Shown here one piece after another: positions 38,906 to 53,359 of a DNA stretch of 64,000 nt (the first letter of the stretch is position 1; each line of letters opens with the position of its first letter). The DNA is from Octopus sinensis. Lineage: Eukaryota. A program made the translations under genes and the position numbers. The notes beneath the pieces are model-generated. The model did not search any database, was not told the origin of the DNA, and saw only the letters and a list, made by a program, of their open reading frames with translations. The DNA lies in contig NC_043022.1 of NCBI RefSeq assembly GCF_006345805.1, positions 24,242,001 through 24,306,000 on the forward strand, read 5' to 3'.

Positions 38906-39215
38906 TGTGGAGGTGCAATGGCCCAGTGGTTAGGGCAGCGGACTCACGGTTGTAAGATCGCAGTTTTGATTCCCAGACCGAGTATTGTGAGTGTTTATTG
39001 AGCGAAAACACCTAAAGCTCCACGAGGCTCCGGCAGGGGGTGGTGGCAATCCCTGCTGTACTCTTTCGCCACAACTTTCTCTCACCCTTTCTTCTGTTGG
39101 TCTGCTCGCTTCAGCCAGTGGGGTGGCGTCATGTGAAGGCTAAAACAATGCCAAGCGCATTGTGACCAGCGATGTGTAGCAACATCTGATAGTCTGGTTG
39201 ATCACGGTGATCAAG
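38906..39215 (+). mobile_element. SINE C nested in the microsatellite of a minus-strand SINE A (38690-39435)
   Basis: A tail 38690-38890 and A head 39315-39435 flank it. Confidence 0.75.
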
Positions 39216-39779
39216 GTGATATTTATATATATATATATGTGTATATATATATATGTATGTATATATATATATGTATGTATATATATATATATGTATATAT
39301 ATATACATACACACACCAGTTTTTGTCAACCGAATCTTTTCACAAAGTTTTGGTCAGCCCATGGGTGTCACATGGTGGGACTGAACCCAGCACCATGTGG
39401 TTGGGAAGCAAACTTCTTACCACACAACCATGCCTAACCTATCATAAACTTGGTCATAAGTGTGCTGGATGATGGTAATGATGATAATGATGATGAAACA
39501 TTAACCTTAAGTCTCCGGTACACAGCTTGTTATTATCATCCCAGAAATATAAAACAAACATTGATGTCATCAGGGTTATCAAATTGGACTTGTTGGTTCT
39601 GGCATCTAGGGATTAGTTGTCAGGGTGTTAGTCAGAAGGAAAAGCCAGATACTGAAAGGGAATTAAATGCTATGATAAGGGTCATGGGATGTGTACTGAA
39701 AAGGTTTAGCTTATCTGGCGTGAAATAAGATTGTTTCATAGTGATTAGACTGACTGGAGATAGGGGTGGATCACAAAAT

Positions 39780-39995
39780 GTAATAATCCTTTCTAATACA
39801 AGCTTAAAATTTTGGATGAGGGGGCAAGTCAATTACATTGACCCCAGTACTCAATTGGCACTTATTTCATTGACCCTGAAAGGATGGAAAGCAAAGTCGA
39901 CCTTGGTGAAATCTGAACTCAGAACTTAAAGACAGACGAAATACCACTAAGCATTTTGTCCAATGTGTTACTGATTCTGCCAGCTTGTTGCCTTA
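39780..39995 (-). mobile_element. SINE B variant
   Basis: Homology to family consensus. Confidence 0.65.
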
Positions 39996-40499
39996 ATATT
40001 GATATTATATATTTTATCTTTTACTTGTTTCAGTCATTAGACTGTGGTCATGCTGGAGCCTTGAAAGTTCAGTCCCACTGTGTGACACCTTGGGAAAGTA
40101 TCTTCTATAACTCTGGCAATGACCAAAGCCTTGAGAGTGGATCTGGTAGATGGAAATTGAAAGAAGCCTTGAGTTGAATGAATTGGCCCCAGTAATTATT
40201 TTTTGTTTCAAAGACTGGTACTTATTCTATTGGTTTCTTTTGCCAAATTGCTAAGTTACAGGGCCTTAAACACACCAACACCAGCTGTCAAGTAGTGGTA
40301 GGGGTAAACATAAAGACACTCTTGGGCTTGTTGCAGTTTCCAACTACTAAATTCAATCACAAGGCTTTGGTTGGCCCAAAGCTATATTAGAAGATACTTG
40401 CCCAGGTGCCATGCAGTGGGACTGAACCTGAAACCATATGGTTAAAAAGCAAACTTTTTACCACACAGCCATTCCTGTGCCTATATATCAATATTGTTT

Positions 40500-40795
40500 G
40501 TTCCTTCTCGAGCCATGTCTGGCTCATAAGGCTGATTTCCCGGTTTCCTTGGCATAGAGGTTCCCCACCTGGACGGGATGCTGGGCCGTCGCAGGTGAGC
40601 TGCAAGATGCAGGAGGAAAGAGCGAGAGAAAGTTGTGGCAAAAGAGTCAGCAGAAGTTTGCCATTACCTTCTGCTGGAGCCGCGTGGAGCTTAGGTGTTT
40701 TGCTCATAAACACACACATCATCCGGTCTAAGATTCGAATCCGCAATCCTCGACTGCGGGTCCGCTGCTCAAACAACTAGGCCATGTGCCTCCAC
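40500..40795 (-). mobile_element. SINE C head with an alternative 3' module
   Basis: Head homologous to C; 3' 40500-40600 differs. Confidence 0.6.
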
Positions 40796-42119
40796 ATATA
40801 TCAATTATTATAATTTGGAGATATTTCCTTCATACATTGAGCTGGTATAGTCATGGCAAAGAAATGAGTGTCTAAGGCCGGGTGACCTGAGAAGCTGGAA
40901 GTTTGTCTCCTATTACTGGCTGTGACAAACAAGTCCATCTAGCTGCAAACAAGTACCACAGCTTATTGTACTGTGCCTATCATCATCATCCTCATCATCA
41001 TCGTTTAACGTCCACTTTCCATGCTAGCATGGGTTGGACGATTTTGACTGAGGACTGGCGAACCAGATGGTTGCACCAGGCTCCAATCTTGATTTGGCAG
41101 AGTTTGGATGCCGTTCCTAACGCCAACCACTCCGAGAGTGTAGTGGGTGCTTTTTATGTGCCACCGGCACGGGGGCCAGTCAGGTGGTACTGGCAACGAC
41201 CTCGCTCAAATCCTTTTACACATGCCACCAGCACTGGTGCCAGTAAGGTGACTTTGGTAACGATCACGCTCGAATGGTGCCCTTTTACGTGCCAGTGGTA
41301 TGGAAGCCAGTTGGCTGCTCTGGTAATGATCACACTCGGATGGTGCTCTTGGCACCCTACTAGCACGGGCACAAGTGCCAGTAAGGCGACACTGGTAATG
41401 ATCACACCTATAACTACTATAATTGTCATTAATACCTTATAGCCGTTTACGGTATTGCGTTCCTGGTCAAAACACTGTCAACAGCTCAGGCCACTTAGAT
41501 GTATGTAGGTACTATAGTATGGTATCGTTCACTGTATTGTGACCACACTTAAGCTGTCCGTAGCTCAGTCCATCTGGCTGTAAATAAGTGCTACACAGTG
41601 TTATAGTTCTCTATACTGTTCATGGCTAAGACACTTCACTGTTAACAGCCCAGGTCACCTAGATATATGTAGGTATCACAGTAGGGTATAAATTGGTTGT
41701 CATATTCGTTAATCTGTAATTTAATTAGTCTATTACTGAGTAATTTAGTTAATTGGTTGCAGGGTATCTAATTAATTGGTTCCTAAATATCTAATTAACT
41801 GGTTACTGAGTAATTAGTTAATTGGTTGCTGAGTAATTAGCTAATTGGTTGCTGAGCAATTACAGAACTTGGCAGGACTTGAACTCACAGAATGTAGAAA
41901 GAAACAATTAAACAATCTTAATGAAAGGCATTTATTAAGCGGAACATTCTACATACATCTGCTGGTGGATATATATACTGGTGCAGTCAACACACATTTC
42001 AGAGCTGTTTATACATTTCTGCTGATGTTTCTATACACTACAGAGCAGTAATATACACTTCTACTGGCATCATTATACACATTAGAGTTGTCTATATCAT
42101 ACACACAGACATATATATA

Positions 42120-42332
42120 CAGTAGCACCTGGGTTTCCGAACAACTCTGATCACAAATAAATCATATGTAATCTCCCGTCTTTCTCATATTCATTTAATA
42201 CAGTAATACCTCGATTTACGAATGTCTCTGATCATGAATAAATCGTGCTTTATATATATCCATATCTATCTCTATATATATAAAGCAAGATTTATTCGTG
42301 ATCAGAGTTGTTCGAAAACCGAGGTACTGCTG
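42120..42332. mobile_element. Tigger/pogo-like MITE with an internal third TIR copy at 42201
   Basis: TA|cagtagcacctgggtttccgaacaactctgatcac ... gtgatcagagttgttcgaaaaccgaggtactgctg|TA. Confidence 0.7.
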
Positions 42333-42484
42333 TATATCTCAGAGCAGGCTGCACAAATTTATAGACATCAGAGCTATCTACACACTTCTACTGGAATGTC
42401 TATACACATCAGAGCAGCCTATACATTTCTACTGGTATCTTTATATACACCAGAGCTGTATGTGTGTATATATATATATATATT

Positions 42485-42866
42485 AGGAGCACTCCGTCGG
42501 TTGCGACGATGAGGGTCCCAGATGATACGATCAACGGACCAGCTTGCTTGTGATATTAATGTGCAAGTGGCTGAGCACTCCACAGACACGTGTACCCTTA
42601 ACGTAGTTCTCGAGGAGATTCAGCGTGACACAGAGTGTGACAAGGCTGGCCCTTTGAAATACAGGTACAAGAGAAACAGGAAGAAAGAGCGAGAGAAAGT
42701 TGAGGTGAAAGAGTACAGCAGGGTTCACCACCACCCCTGCCGGAGCCTCGTGGGGCTTTAGGTGTTTTCGCTCAATAAACACTCACAATGCCCGGTCTGG
42801 GAATCGAAACCGCGATCCTCCGACCGCGAGTCTGCTGCCCTAACCACTGGGCCATTGCGCCTCCAC
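42485..42866 (-). mobile_element. SINE C head fused to 3' module F
   Basis: Module F (gatcaacggaccagcttgc...) also at 63595-63790. Confidence 0.65.
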
Positions 42867-42900
<34 letters not shown>

Positions 42901-42905
42901 TACAT

Positions 42906-43210
42906 GTGGAGGCGCAATGGCCCAGTGGTCAGGGCAGCAGACTCGCGGTCATAGGACTGCGGTTTCAATTCTCAGACCGGTTGTTCTGAGTGTCTATTGA
43001 GAGGAAAACACCTATAGCTCCACGAGGCTCTGGCAGGGGGGGTGGGGGCGATCCCTGCTGTACTCTTTCGCCACAACTTTCTCTCACTCTTTCTTCTGTT
43101 GGCCTGCTCGCTTAGCCAGCGGGGTGGCGTCATTTGAAGGCTAAAACAATGCGAAGCGCATTGTGACCAGCGATCTGTAGCAACATCTGATAGCCTGGTC
43201 GGTCACGGTG
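42906..43210 (+). mobile_element. SINE C
   Basis: Full length. Confidence 0.8.
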
Positions 43211-43265
43211 ATATATACACATATATATGTACATACATACATATATATATATTTATATATATATT

Positions 43266-43311
<46 letters not shown>

Positions 43312-43494
43312 TACACACATACATATATGGGTACAGGACGTCACAAACCGTAAACAACATGAGATACGAAAACAAATGAGTTGATATCCAAACAACGAAA
43401 GAAACAAATGAAGAACAGGACAAGTAACATAAAGAACGACCCTTCATCAGTTGTCTTTTGTCCATCTACTCCTTATTTCGAGCATTGAACGACA

Positions 43495-43527
<33 letters not shown>

Positions 43528-43659
43528 TACACATATATGTGTGTGTAATGTATGTATATACACATGTATATATATATATATCCATTAGAGCAGTCTCCAC
43601 ATGTTTATATGTACCAGAGCTATTGGGAGTGCCTATACATATCAGAGCAGTCTACACAC

Positions 43660-43812
43660 ACACCGTACCTCATTTCTCTATCTACACACACACTGTACCT
43701 CATTTCTCTATCTACACACACACCGTACCTCATTTCTCTATCTACACACACACCGTACCTCATTTCTCTATCTACACACACACCGTACCTCATTTCTCTA
43801 TCTACACACACA
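43660..43812 (+). repeat. 30-bp tandem repeat x5 (cacacacaccgtacctcatttctctatcta)
   Basis: Near-identical units; part of the ctatacacatcagagcag array at 41950-43900. Confidence 0.9.
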
Positions 43813-44694
43813 CACCTACACACCAATCTACACACTTCTACTCAATGTGTTAAGCAACAACTTTGAGCGAGATATACATCTGATCTACAAGTGTTAAGTT
43901 AGCGATATACGTTTATAGCAGCCAAGTGGCAAAGTTGGTGTTGGAAAGCCGAGGAAGGGGAAGTAAGCAGGCAACAGGTTGCACATTTAGATAACTGCAT
44001 CAATTTCCGACTACTTACAACCTGCTTAGATTTGTAAAGTATGCAAAAACAAACTGTCAACTACTCCTAAGTCTCTTACTCTTTCTTACACACACATACA
44101 CACACACTCTCTCTCTCTCCTGAAGGCTCTGAAGGAGTGGGCGGTAGCAAGGAAATAAATACTTCTACACAACCATTGTGTAAGCTGATAAGCAGCTAAA
44201 TTAAACTAAATAGGCGTACAAGTTCAATCTCAGACAGGAAACAATTATTTTTATTATCATTTTTTCTTCTTCTTCTTCTTATGATGATCATCATCATTAT
44301 TATTATTACCATAATCATTATCACTGTTATTAAAAGTGTTGTTGAAAAAGATGAGACAGATTCATCAACCCTGCAACCGAGGGTTCAATCCCACCCTAAG
44401 TTAGGGGCATGAATTTACCATCAAAGCAAAATAACCTTTACAGCACCCTAGCCAGCTTTTGTCAGCAATTAGGCAACACAGACAATAAACCCGACCAATT
44501 AGGGCCCTATAGGTGCTTGTTACTACAGATGCAAGTGTTTTCTTAGTTCAGTACAACCAAAGTATTCCAAAGTATTGGAAAATGACAAGTAGGGAGTTTG
44601 CGAGTTTGGAGAGATATTTAGGGTCCTCAGTGACAACTACAGAAGGGTTAGGTAGAATCTGTGTAACTGGAGAAGGATTTACAGTCCTTAGAAT

Positions 44695-45100
44695 CATTAC
44701 TCTTTTACTTGTTTCAGTCATTTGACAGCGGCCATGCTGGAACACCACTTTTAGTCGAGCAAATCGACCCCAGGACTTATTCTTTGTAAGCCTAGTACTT
44801 ATTCTATTGGTCTCTTTTGCCAAACCGCTAAGTTACGGGGACGTAAACACACCAGTATCTGTTGTCAAGTGATGTTGGGGGGACAAATACAGACACACAA
44901 ACATATACACACACATACATACATACACATATACACCAAGGGCTTCTTTTCAGTTTCCGTCTAGCAAATCCACTCACAAGGCTTTGGTTGGCCTGAGGCA
45001 ATAGTAAAAGACACTTGCCCAAGGTGCCACGCAGTGGAAATTAACCCAGAACAATGTGGTTGGTAAGCAAGCTACTTACCACACAGCCACTCCTGTGCCT
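44695..45100 (-). mobile_element. SINE A
   Basis: Full-length homolog. Confidence 0.8.
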
Positions 45101-46828
45101 GGTGAAAACTCTATAGGGATCAGGTGACGTTTGTGTGACCGGAGAGGCATTCTGAGTTTTTAGGCTCTTTAGCAAGAACCAAGGAACACAGATCAAAAGT
45201 AGTGACTGGAGGGGAGATATTTTGGGAGCTCAGTAAGAATGCTATGACAAGTATCAGGTGGTAGAGGGGGCACAAAAGGGAGTGGAAGCACATTGTGTAA
45301 TTGGTGAGATATTTTTATGAGCACCTAATGACTAGGTTCACCACCACCAAGTGATGACTGTAATTTCAACAGTATTTCATCATTAGTCACAACTGATTAC
45401 AGTTCGTTTTGACTGCAGAAATATAATAATAACAACCATATAACCACAAATTACAAGTAACCCTCGTGTTACATGGTTGTTAGTCAGTACCAATTTAGCC
45501 CTGATCCAGCAGACCTATCAACATATCTTTTAGATTGCATTATCCAACGTGTTCTTCCTATTTTAAAGATAAAGAGAAACATAATTTAGATTTGGCTAGT
45601 ATTTCTAGCAAGTCAAGTTACTGTAGGGAGCAACAACTTTTTATAATGACCCATTTTTGATATTTTTTTAAAACTTCTGTCCATGGTTCACACCTTATAT
45701 ATAAAACAAGTGGAAGCGCAATGGCCCAGTGGTTAGGGCAGCAGACTCGTGGTTGTAGGATCGTGGTTTCGATTCCCAGACCGGGCGTTGTGAGTGTTTA
45801 TTGAGCGAAAACACCTAAGAGCTCCACGAGGCTCCGGCAGGGAGTGGTGATCCCTGCTGTTCTCTTTCACCACTCTTTCTTAATCCTGTGGACGTCCCCT
45901 CTGGATGGGATACTATCAAGAAAGGCTGGTCCTATCCTTTCTTCATTTGTACTTTTATCTTTATCAACCTCAGAAGGATGAAAGGTGAAATCCATCTCAG
46001 CAGGATTTGAACTAAGAACATACAGTGATGTGACAAAATGACATTGTCAGTTTGTCTGATGCTCTACCGATTCAGCCATTTGGGCCACCAGGTGAGTGGG
46101 GGGAGTCCAACACTCCACTGAAATCTGCCAATGCCCCACCCTCAAAATAACAACAATGATAATAACTAACCGGTCACAACCCCTGAGAGTCATGTATGTA
46201 TATATGTATGATTCTGTGAGTGTATATAAATGTCAATAGCGATGAGTCTATATAAATGTCAAATTTAATTGATATGTCAAGACAGAAATGTCAATGGGTT
46301 TATAGAGATGTGAATGTCGACAAGTTGTGAATAAACATTAATGTGTTAGTTGATGAGTGTATATAAACATGTGTAGAAAATGTCAGTGTTAAGGGCTTCT
46401 ATTTAGATACATCACTGTTGAGGAAGTGTATTATTAAACACCAATGTTAAAGCCATCATCAACATCCATGTTGTGGGAGTGTATACATATTAATGACCAA
46501 GCAGGGCAGTGTGTATATATACAAATGTCAATACTGACCACCGTATGTATAACTGTTTGTGCTAACAAGTGCGTTAATGTTGTTTATATGAATGGCTATC
46601 TGTATGTATACACACACACACACATGCCCACACAGATAAGTGTGCATGTTGGTGTAGCTTGAGGAACAAGTTAAAGCTGTGGGCGTTTCAGGTATTTGTT
46701 GTTGTGTTACATGTGGCTAACGACAATACATCAAAGACAAGGTGACAAGATAACAGGAAAAGATAGGATATGGATAGAAGATGGCAGAAGGAATTTAGTT
46801 TAAGTTTTAATGTGAAATGGTGCAATAA

Positions 46829-47215
46829 GGCGCAGGAGTGGCTGTGTGGTAAGTAGCTTGCTTACCAACCACATGGTTCTGGGTTCAGTACCACTGCGTG
46901 GCACCTTGGGCAAATGTCTTCTACTATAGCCTCGGGCCGACCAAAGCCTTGTGAGTGGATTTGGTAGACGGAAACTGAAAGCCCGTCGTATGTATATATA
47001 TATATGTATGTGTGTGTCTGTGTTTGTCCCCCTAACATTGCTTGACAACCGATGCTGGTGTGTTTATGTCCCCGTAACTTAGCGGTTCGGCAAAAGAGAC
47101 CGATAGAATAAGTACCAGGCTTACAAAGAATAAGTCCTGGGGTCGATTTGCTCAAGTAAAGGCCATGCTCCAGCATGGCCGCAGTCAAATGACTGAAACA
47201 AGTAAAAGAGTAAGA
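46829..47215 (+). mobile_element. SINE A
   Basis: Full length, starts ggcgcaggagtggc. Confidence 0.85.
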
Positions 47216-47404
47216 GATATCATTAATATCACAAGATGAGATTCGAGGATATCCAGATATTTCTACAACTGTTTGTAGAAACACCAACTCTTCAGCTGGC
47301 GTTGAGAATAGCAGTCGGCCACGGGGAGTTGAATATACGAAACAAGTGTAACTTACAAGAATGAAGCGGGTGTGTTTATTACATACAAGCGGAATAAAAT
47401 CTTC

Positions 47405-47831
47405 GGATCTTTTCGGTTTGACCGGCAGTTTTTATAATAATTTCCACGTAACTAAACACTTTTAAACTTCGTATACTGGTAGAATGTGTTTATAAAACAT
47501 CTTTTTCTCTTGGCTTTATTGAGAAAATTCTATAGTTTGTAAGATATTTGTTGTTTTTTTCTCTTCAATTTCTGCAATTTCAACCAATCAATGACGTCTA
47601 TTGAGGTGAAAAAAAACCCCCATTCTGTGCCGTATGAATATGTCCCTCGTTTAAGAAACAGATTGGGTTTATTTACATTTCTGAAGAAAAAAAAAAGATA
47701 TCCTTCCCCCACCCCTAACCCTAACCCTAAAATAGATTGCAATGCAATAGATCGATAATAGGGTCATGATTATGGATGACAATTTCATAATGACACTGCT
47801 AGAAAAACTGCCGTTCAAACCGAAAAGATCC
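47405..47831 (+). mobile_element. Merlin-like MITE copy 3 (subtype b)
   Basis: Same TIRs; TSD aaatcttc/aaatctac (7/8). Confidence 0.8.
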
Positions 47832-48081
47832 AAATCTACCAAAGTAGTGAAAATACTTCCATAGCATTCTACTAAAACATATTAAATTAGAAAACTTGCG
47901 AATGCCTAGGGGCGATTTATGCGATAACTAGACATACATTGAGCTAAACAACGTCCGTCTTAATTCATCTAATCAAGGCATTTATTCAGCGTAAGTGCTC
48001 TACAGCTTATAAGAAATTCTTTGGGGATATGATCAATGTCTGTGTAAGCCAAATCAAACGAAAAATCATGTGCGTGTGCGC

Positions 48082-48129
<48 letters not shown>

Positions 48130-48221
48130 CATAAACGTATATATATATATAAACATATATATATATATACATAGACATATATATATATATATATACATAA
48201 ACATATATATATAAACATATA

Positions 48222-48373
48222 TGGCGCAGGAGTGGCTGTGTGGTAAGTAGCTTGTTTATGAACTACATGGTTCCGCGTTCAGTCCCACTGTGTCTTCTAG
48301 TATAGCCTCGGGCCGACCAAAGCCTTGTGAGTGGATTTGGTAGACGGAAACTGAAAGAAGCCCGTCGTATATA

Positions 48374-48423
<50 letters not shown>

Positions 48424-48623
48424 CATGTATAGTTTGTGTGTCTGTGTTTGTCCCCCCCCTAGCATTGCTTGACAACCGATGCTGCTGTGTTTACGTCCCC
48501 GTTACTTAGCGGTTCGGCAAAAGAAACCGATAGAATAAGTTACCAGGCTTCCTGGGGTCGATTTGCTCGACTAAAGGCGGTGCTCCAGCATGGCCGCAGT
48601 CAAATGACAGAAACAAGTAAAGA

Positions 48624-48625
<2 letters not shown>
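48222..48625 (+). mobile_element. SINE A
   Basis: Full length with small internal deletions. Confidence 0.8.
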
Positions 48626-48661
<36 letters not shown>

Positions 48662-49486
48662 ACACTCTTTATACATATGTGTTTAGACACACAGAAAAAC
48701 ATATATACGGAGTAAGAGAGCAAGCTGTGTATGTATGGCAGACAAACACTCCTACAGGCTGTCTGTACTTTGGTGTGTATCCCAAACAAAAATGCTGGAG
48801 GAGAGAGACGGGGAATAAGAGAGAAATTATATAATAACACTAAAGTTGTCTTAGCAGGAGGCTGACAAACTGTCTCAGTCGCACATATATACACACAATC
48901 AACCTACACGCAGGGAGGTGAGCGAGTGAGTGAGTGAGACAGTGAGTGAGTGGAGTGAATGAGTGAGTGAGTGTGTGCGTGCATGCATGTAAGTGTTAAA
49001 GGGCCCGAACTGTTATAAGTAGTGATATCCGAGCGACAGTGACAGCTGCTGTGGAGCAGTCAGTGACTCTCACTAACCAAGAGGGAGGAAAGGGAGAGCG
49101 AGAGAGAGAGAGAATACAGAGACAGAGTAGAGACAAGAGAGAGGGTGATGGGAGATACTAGTAGTAGAGAGAGAGGGAGGGAGAGGTCTTTGTGAGTAAT
49201 AGATTAAGACAGCACAATACACACACACACACACACACACAAGGCTTTTTAACTTTGATTCATTATACATGCATACAAGTACGTATTCACATACATACAT
49301 TTATGTGAGTGTGTGTATATGTATTATGTGCACACTTGTTAACATGTACAAACAAAAGGGAGGTGCACTCAATACATGGTGTGGAATTTATTTTTATGGA
49401 GTAACTTGGCTGATTCATTTCATTGGTACTCACAGCGATTCACTTATCCAAAGTACACACGTGATTGATCGATCAGAAAAAAACTG

Positions 49487-49910
49487 GGATCTTTTCGGTT
49501 TGAACGGCAGTTTATAAAAATAATTTCCACGTAACTAAACACTTTTAAACTTCGTATACTGGTAGAATGTGTTTATAAAACATCTTTTTCTCTTGGCTTT
49601 ATTGAGAAAATTCTATAGTTTGTAAGATATTTGTTGTTTTTTTCTTCAATTTCTGCAATTTCAACCAATCAGTTACGTCTATTGAGGTAAAAAAAAAAAA
49701 GCTGTGCCGTATGAATATGTCCCTAGTTTAAGAAACAGATTGGGTTTATTTACATTTCTGAAGAAAAAAGATACCCTTCCATCCACCCCTAACCCTAACT
49801 CTAACCCTAAAACTGATTGCAATGCAATAGATCGATACTAGGGTCATAATTATGAGTGACAATTTCATATGACACCGCTAGAAAAACTGCCGTTCAAACC
49901 GAAAAGATCC
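49487..49910 (+). mobile_element. Merlin-like MITE copy 4 (subtype b)
   Basis: Intact TIRs; no TSD recognisable. Confidence 0.75.
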
Positions 49911-50091
49911 CTGAGTTGTAAGTGCAGTTTACCCAAACCAAACCTAGGGACATCAAAGGCAGCTACTCCATGAGTCTTGGCTAAATCCAATGGCTGTGTT
50001 TGTGTTGGCTGGCCTAGGGGCTTTTAAACATCTATAAACTTTTTAAGAGGAACCACCTCCAATGACGACAGACATATCTGACCTCCACTTA

Positions 50092-50340
50092 AAGAAGCGA
50101 TTCTCAACTGTGGTCCACATGGCCCGTCTGGGTCCATATAAGATGTTGTTAAAATTTATTTGCAATAAATTATACTTCTACAATACACAAAATATCTTAC
50201 AAATTTTTAAATACAATTCCTAATAACATTTAATCATAAAAATATATATATTTTTAAACATCAGATGGCTAGGATGTTACATCTAAGTATAACACGAATC
50301 AAAGGGGTCCATAGGTAAAAAGAAATGGTTGAGAAACACA
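50092..50340. mobile_element. Degraded hAT-like MITE (related 3' part at ~60470-60640)
   Basis: Ends resemble CAGTGGTTCTCAACC / GGTTGAGAA(C)CACTG. Confidence 0.45.
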
Positions 50341-51946
50341 GATTTGAAGGATATCCATGGATGCTTCAGTCTATTCTGGTGGACTTCTCAGTTAGACAAA
50401 GCCTGCAGTCATGTGTTCCTTAGTCAGTAGTGTTCCATATGAATGGAGTGTACTAAGATCCATGACCCTGTAGTTAAGTATAATTACTTCCCTTCTTTGA
50501 TATAATAAATGGAAATACTAATAGTAACAACCTTTGGAAACGCTTACTGCTTGAGTAGCATAATTGCCTTTGATGACATTCAAAACTATTAAAGATGCTT
50601 GGTATGATACTCTGACAACCAATTCTCTACGGTTGTAACATCATTCAACACAATTCACTATGTGTTGTCTGATCACTCCCATTTATACTTTGCATGTGTT
50701 AAAGTTTTAGTAGTAATGTAGTAAAGAATTCTGGGTTCAGTCTCATTAGCATGGCACCTTGGACAAGTGTCATTTTGATGAAAGTGTTCTGAATACAACT
50801 GGTAGATAGAAACTGAAAGAAGCCTGTATGTGTATGTACGTGTGTATATATATACACAGGCCTGCTCGCTTAGCCAGTGGTGTGTAGCAACATCTGACAG
50901 CCTGGTCAGTTGTGATCACGTGATATATACACATATACACTTCTACAAGTATACACATGTACATTTAAAAAAAAATTAATGTTTAATTATAAAAAAGGTA
51001 CTATAAATTTCTTTTACATAGGTACATGAGTGGCTGTATGGTAAGAAGCTTGCTTCCCAACTACATGGTTCTGGGTTCAGTCCCACTGCGTGGCACCTTG
51101 GGCACATGTCTTCTACTAGCCTTGGGCCGACCAAGCCTTGTGAGTGGATTTGGTACATGGAAACTGAAAGAAGCCTGGTGTGTGTGTGTGTATATATATG
51201 TATGTGAAGGTGCATGGCTTAGTGGCTTAGTCGATATAATCAACTTAATCCATTTGTCTGTCCTTGTTTGTCCCCTCTGTGTTTAGCCCCTGGTGGATAG
51301 TAAAGAAATAGATATAATATTCTAACATACATTATGAATATTTTACACTCTATTGCAGCACCAGTATTGAGTGCACTTTCTTCTGTTTGTCATGGTTAAC
51401 ACACACACACTCCTGTGTGTGTGTATGTGTTATGTATAGATTATCATAATGCCCCACCTGCTATAACATATGATGATGATGATGATGATAATACAGAGGA
51501 GGCAACTAAGCAACTTTCATTGAAGGCAGCATGTTGTGGTGACCTTTGACCTATGGACAAATAAGAATTTTTCCCTACTTCCCCATCTCTGCATCCCTCC
51601 TGTATCTTCCACTCTCCCTAATGAATCCAAATTATTCCTAGTCACACAGGAAAAGGAGAAGTTGATATGTCAGGGACTTTTGATCTTGTATGCGGCAAAA
51701 CCCCAGAGAAGTAGGGCCTCTATTATGTTAGGGGTTCATCAAGCATGAAATGTTTGAATAGGGAGGAAAAAATACTTAATGTCGGACACAAACCTTATTT
51801 ACATAGAAGGCACAACAGAGAATTATCTTAGGGATCCATTAGTGATAGGTAAAGCAATGAGTCAACTACTTTACATGTCTGTGTATATATACATAAATGC
51901 ATGCATATATACATACATATAAAACAAATGTACATATATGTGTGTG

Positions 51947-52000
<54 letters not shown>

Positions 52001-52184
52001 GTATTGGGGTGATGTACAGATTTAATACATATGAAAGAAAAAGGTGTTCTGAATGCTGGATGGTTGTATATATAAAAAATATATATATATTTATTTACAT
52101 ATCACATATTATATCTTCAAATCACATATTTAATTACACATTTTTAAGCGCTTTCAACTACCACTGTAGTCCCATCAGAAATGT

Positions 52185-52226
<42 letters not shown>

Positions 52227-53359
52227 GTAAATATATATGTTTATATATCTATATGTATTCACATAAATATGTTTATGAACATTGTACTAGAAATAATATC
52301 ACAAAGATCATGAAAATAGTTCTTTGTGTGCAAACGAGGCATTTTTAGCAGAGAACTGAGTAAGCACATAAAAAAAATCCATATTCATAATAATAAAGCC
52401 ATTAAATATGAACTAAAATAAATAGAAATTCTGAAAAAGAGATATTATTATCATTATCATTATTATTATTAAAATACATCTATTACGTATTTATTAATGT
52501 GTGTACATTTTGGTGTGCCTGATTGACAGGAAGACTATAAAATCAACATAAATGAAGCCTGTATACATCTTATTCAGCATATTTAGGATTTCTGTAACAT
52601 TTTTTTTTATTGCTTAGTGGTTGAATTAAATCCTAAAATATTTGCAAACACATAATTCTCAGTTCTAGCAGGCGTAAAACCACTCTAGATTCTAACTCAA
52701 ATCGCCACTGCACCATGTAATTCATAACCCTAACAGACACCTCATATAATGCGAAATGACCCCTCAACTTTGCAGGCTAAATATAGTTTCTTCTTTTCTT
52801 TTATCTTTTGCCAAACTGCTAAGTTAGAAAGACGCAAACAAACCAGCACCAACTGTGAAGCGATGAGGAGGGTCAAACTCAAAGACACAAACACACATTG
52901 ATGATATCATCATCATCATCGCTTAACGTCCGCTTTCCATGCTAGCATGGGTTGGACGATTTTGACTGAGGGCTGGGGAACCAGATGGCTGCATCAGGCT
53001 CCAATCTTGATTTGGCAGAGTGTCTACAGCTGGATGCCCTTCCTAACGCCAACCACTCCGAGAGTGTAGTGGGTGCTTTTTACATGCCACCGGCACAGGG
53101 GCCAGTCAGGCTGTACTGGCAACGACCTCGCTCGAATCCTTTTACACATGCCACCAGCACAGGTGCCAGTAAGGCGACGTTGGTAACGATCACGCTCGAA
53201 TGGTGCCCTTTTACGTGCCACTGGCACGGAAGCCAGTCGGCTGCTATATATATACATATATAGTTCCCAGTTCAGTTCAACTGCATGGCATCTTGGGCAA
53301 GTGTTTTCTACTATAACCCTAGGTCGACCAAAGCCATGTGAGCAAATTTGGAATTTGTG

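Noticed and set aside
43325-43495. Microsatellite-flanked fragment containing ctgatgaagg (minus strand)
   Set aside because: It may be another Penelope remnant, but I could not build convincing hammerhead stems.
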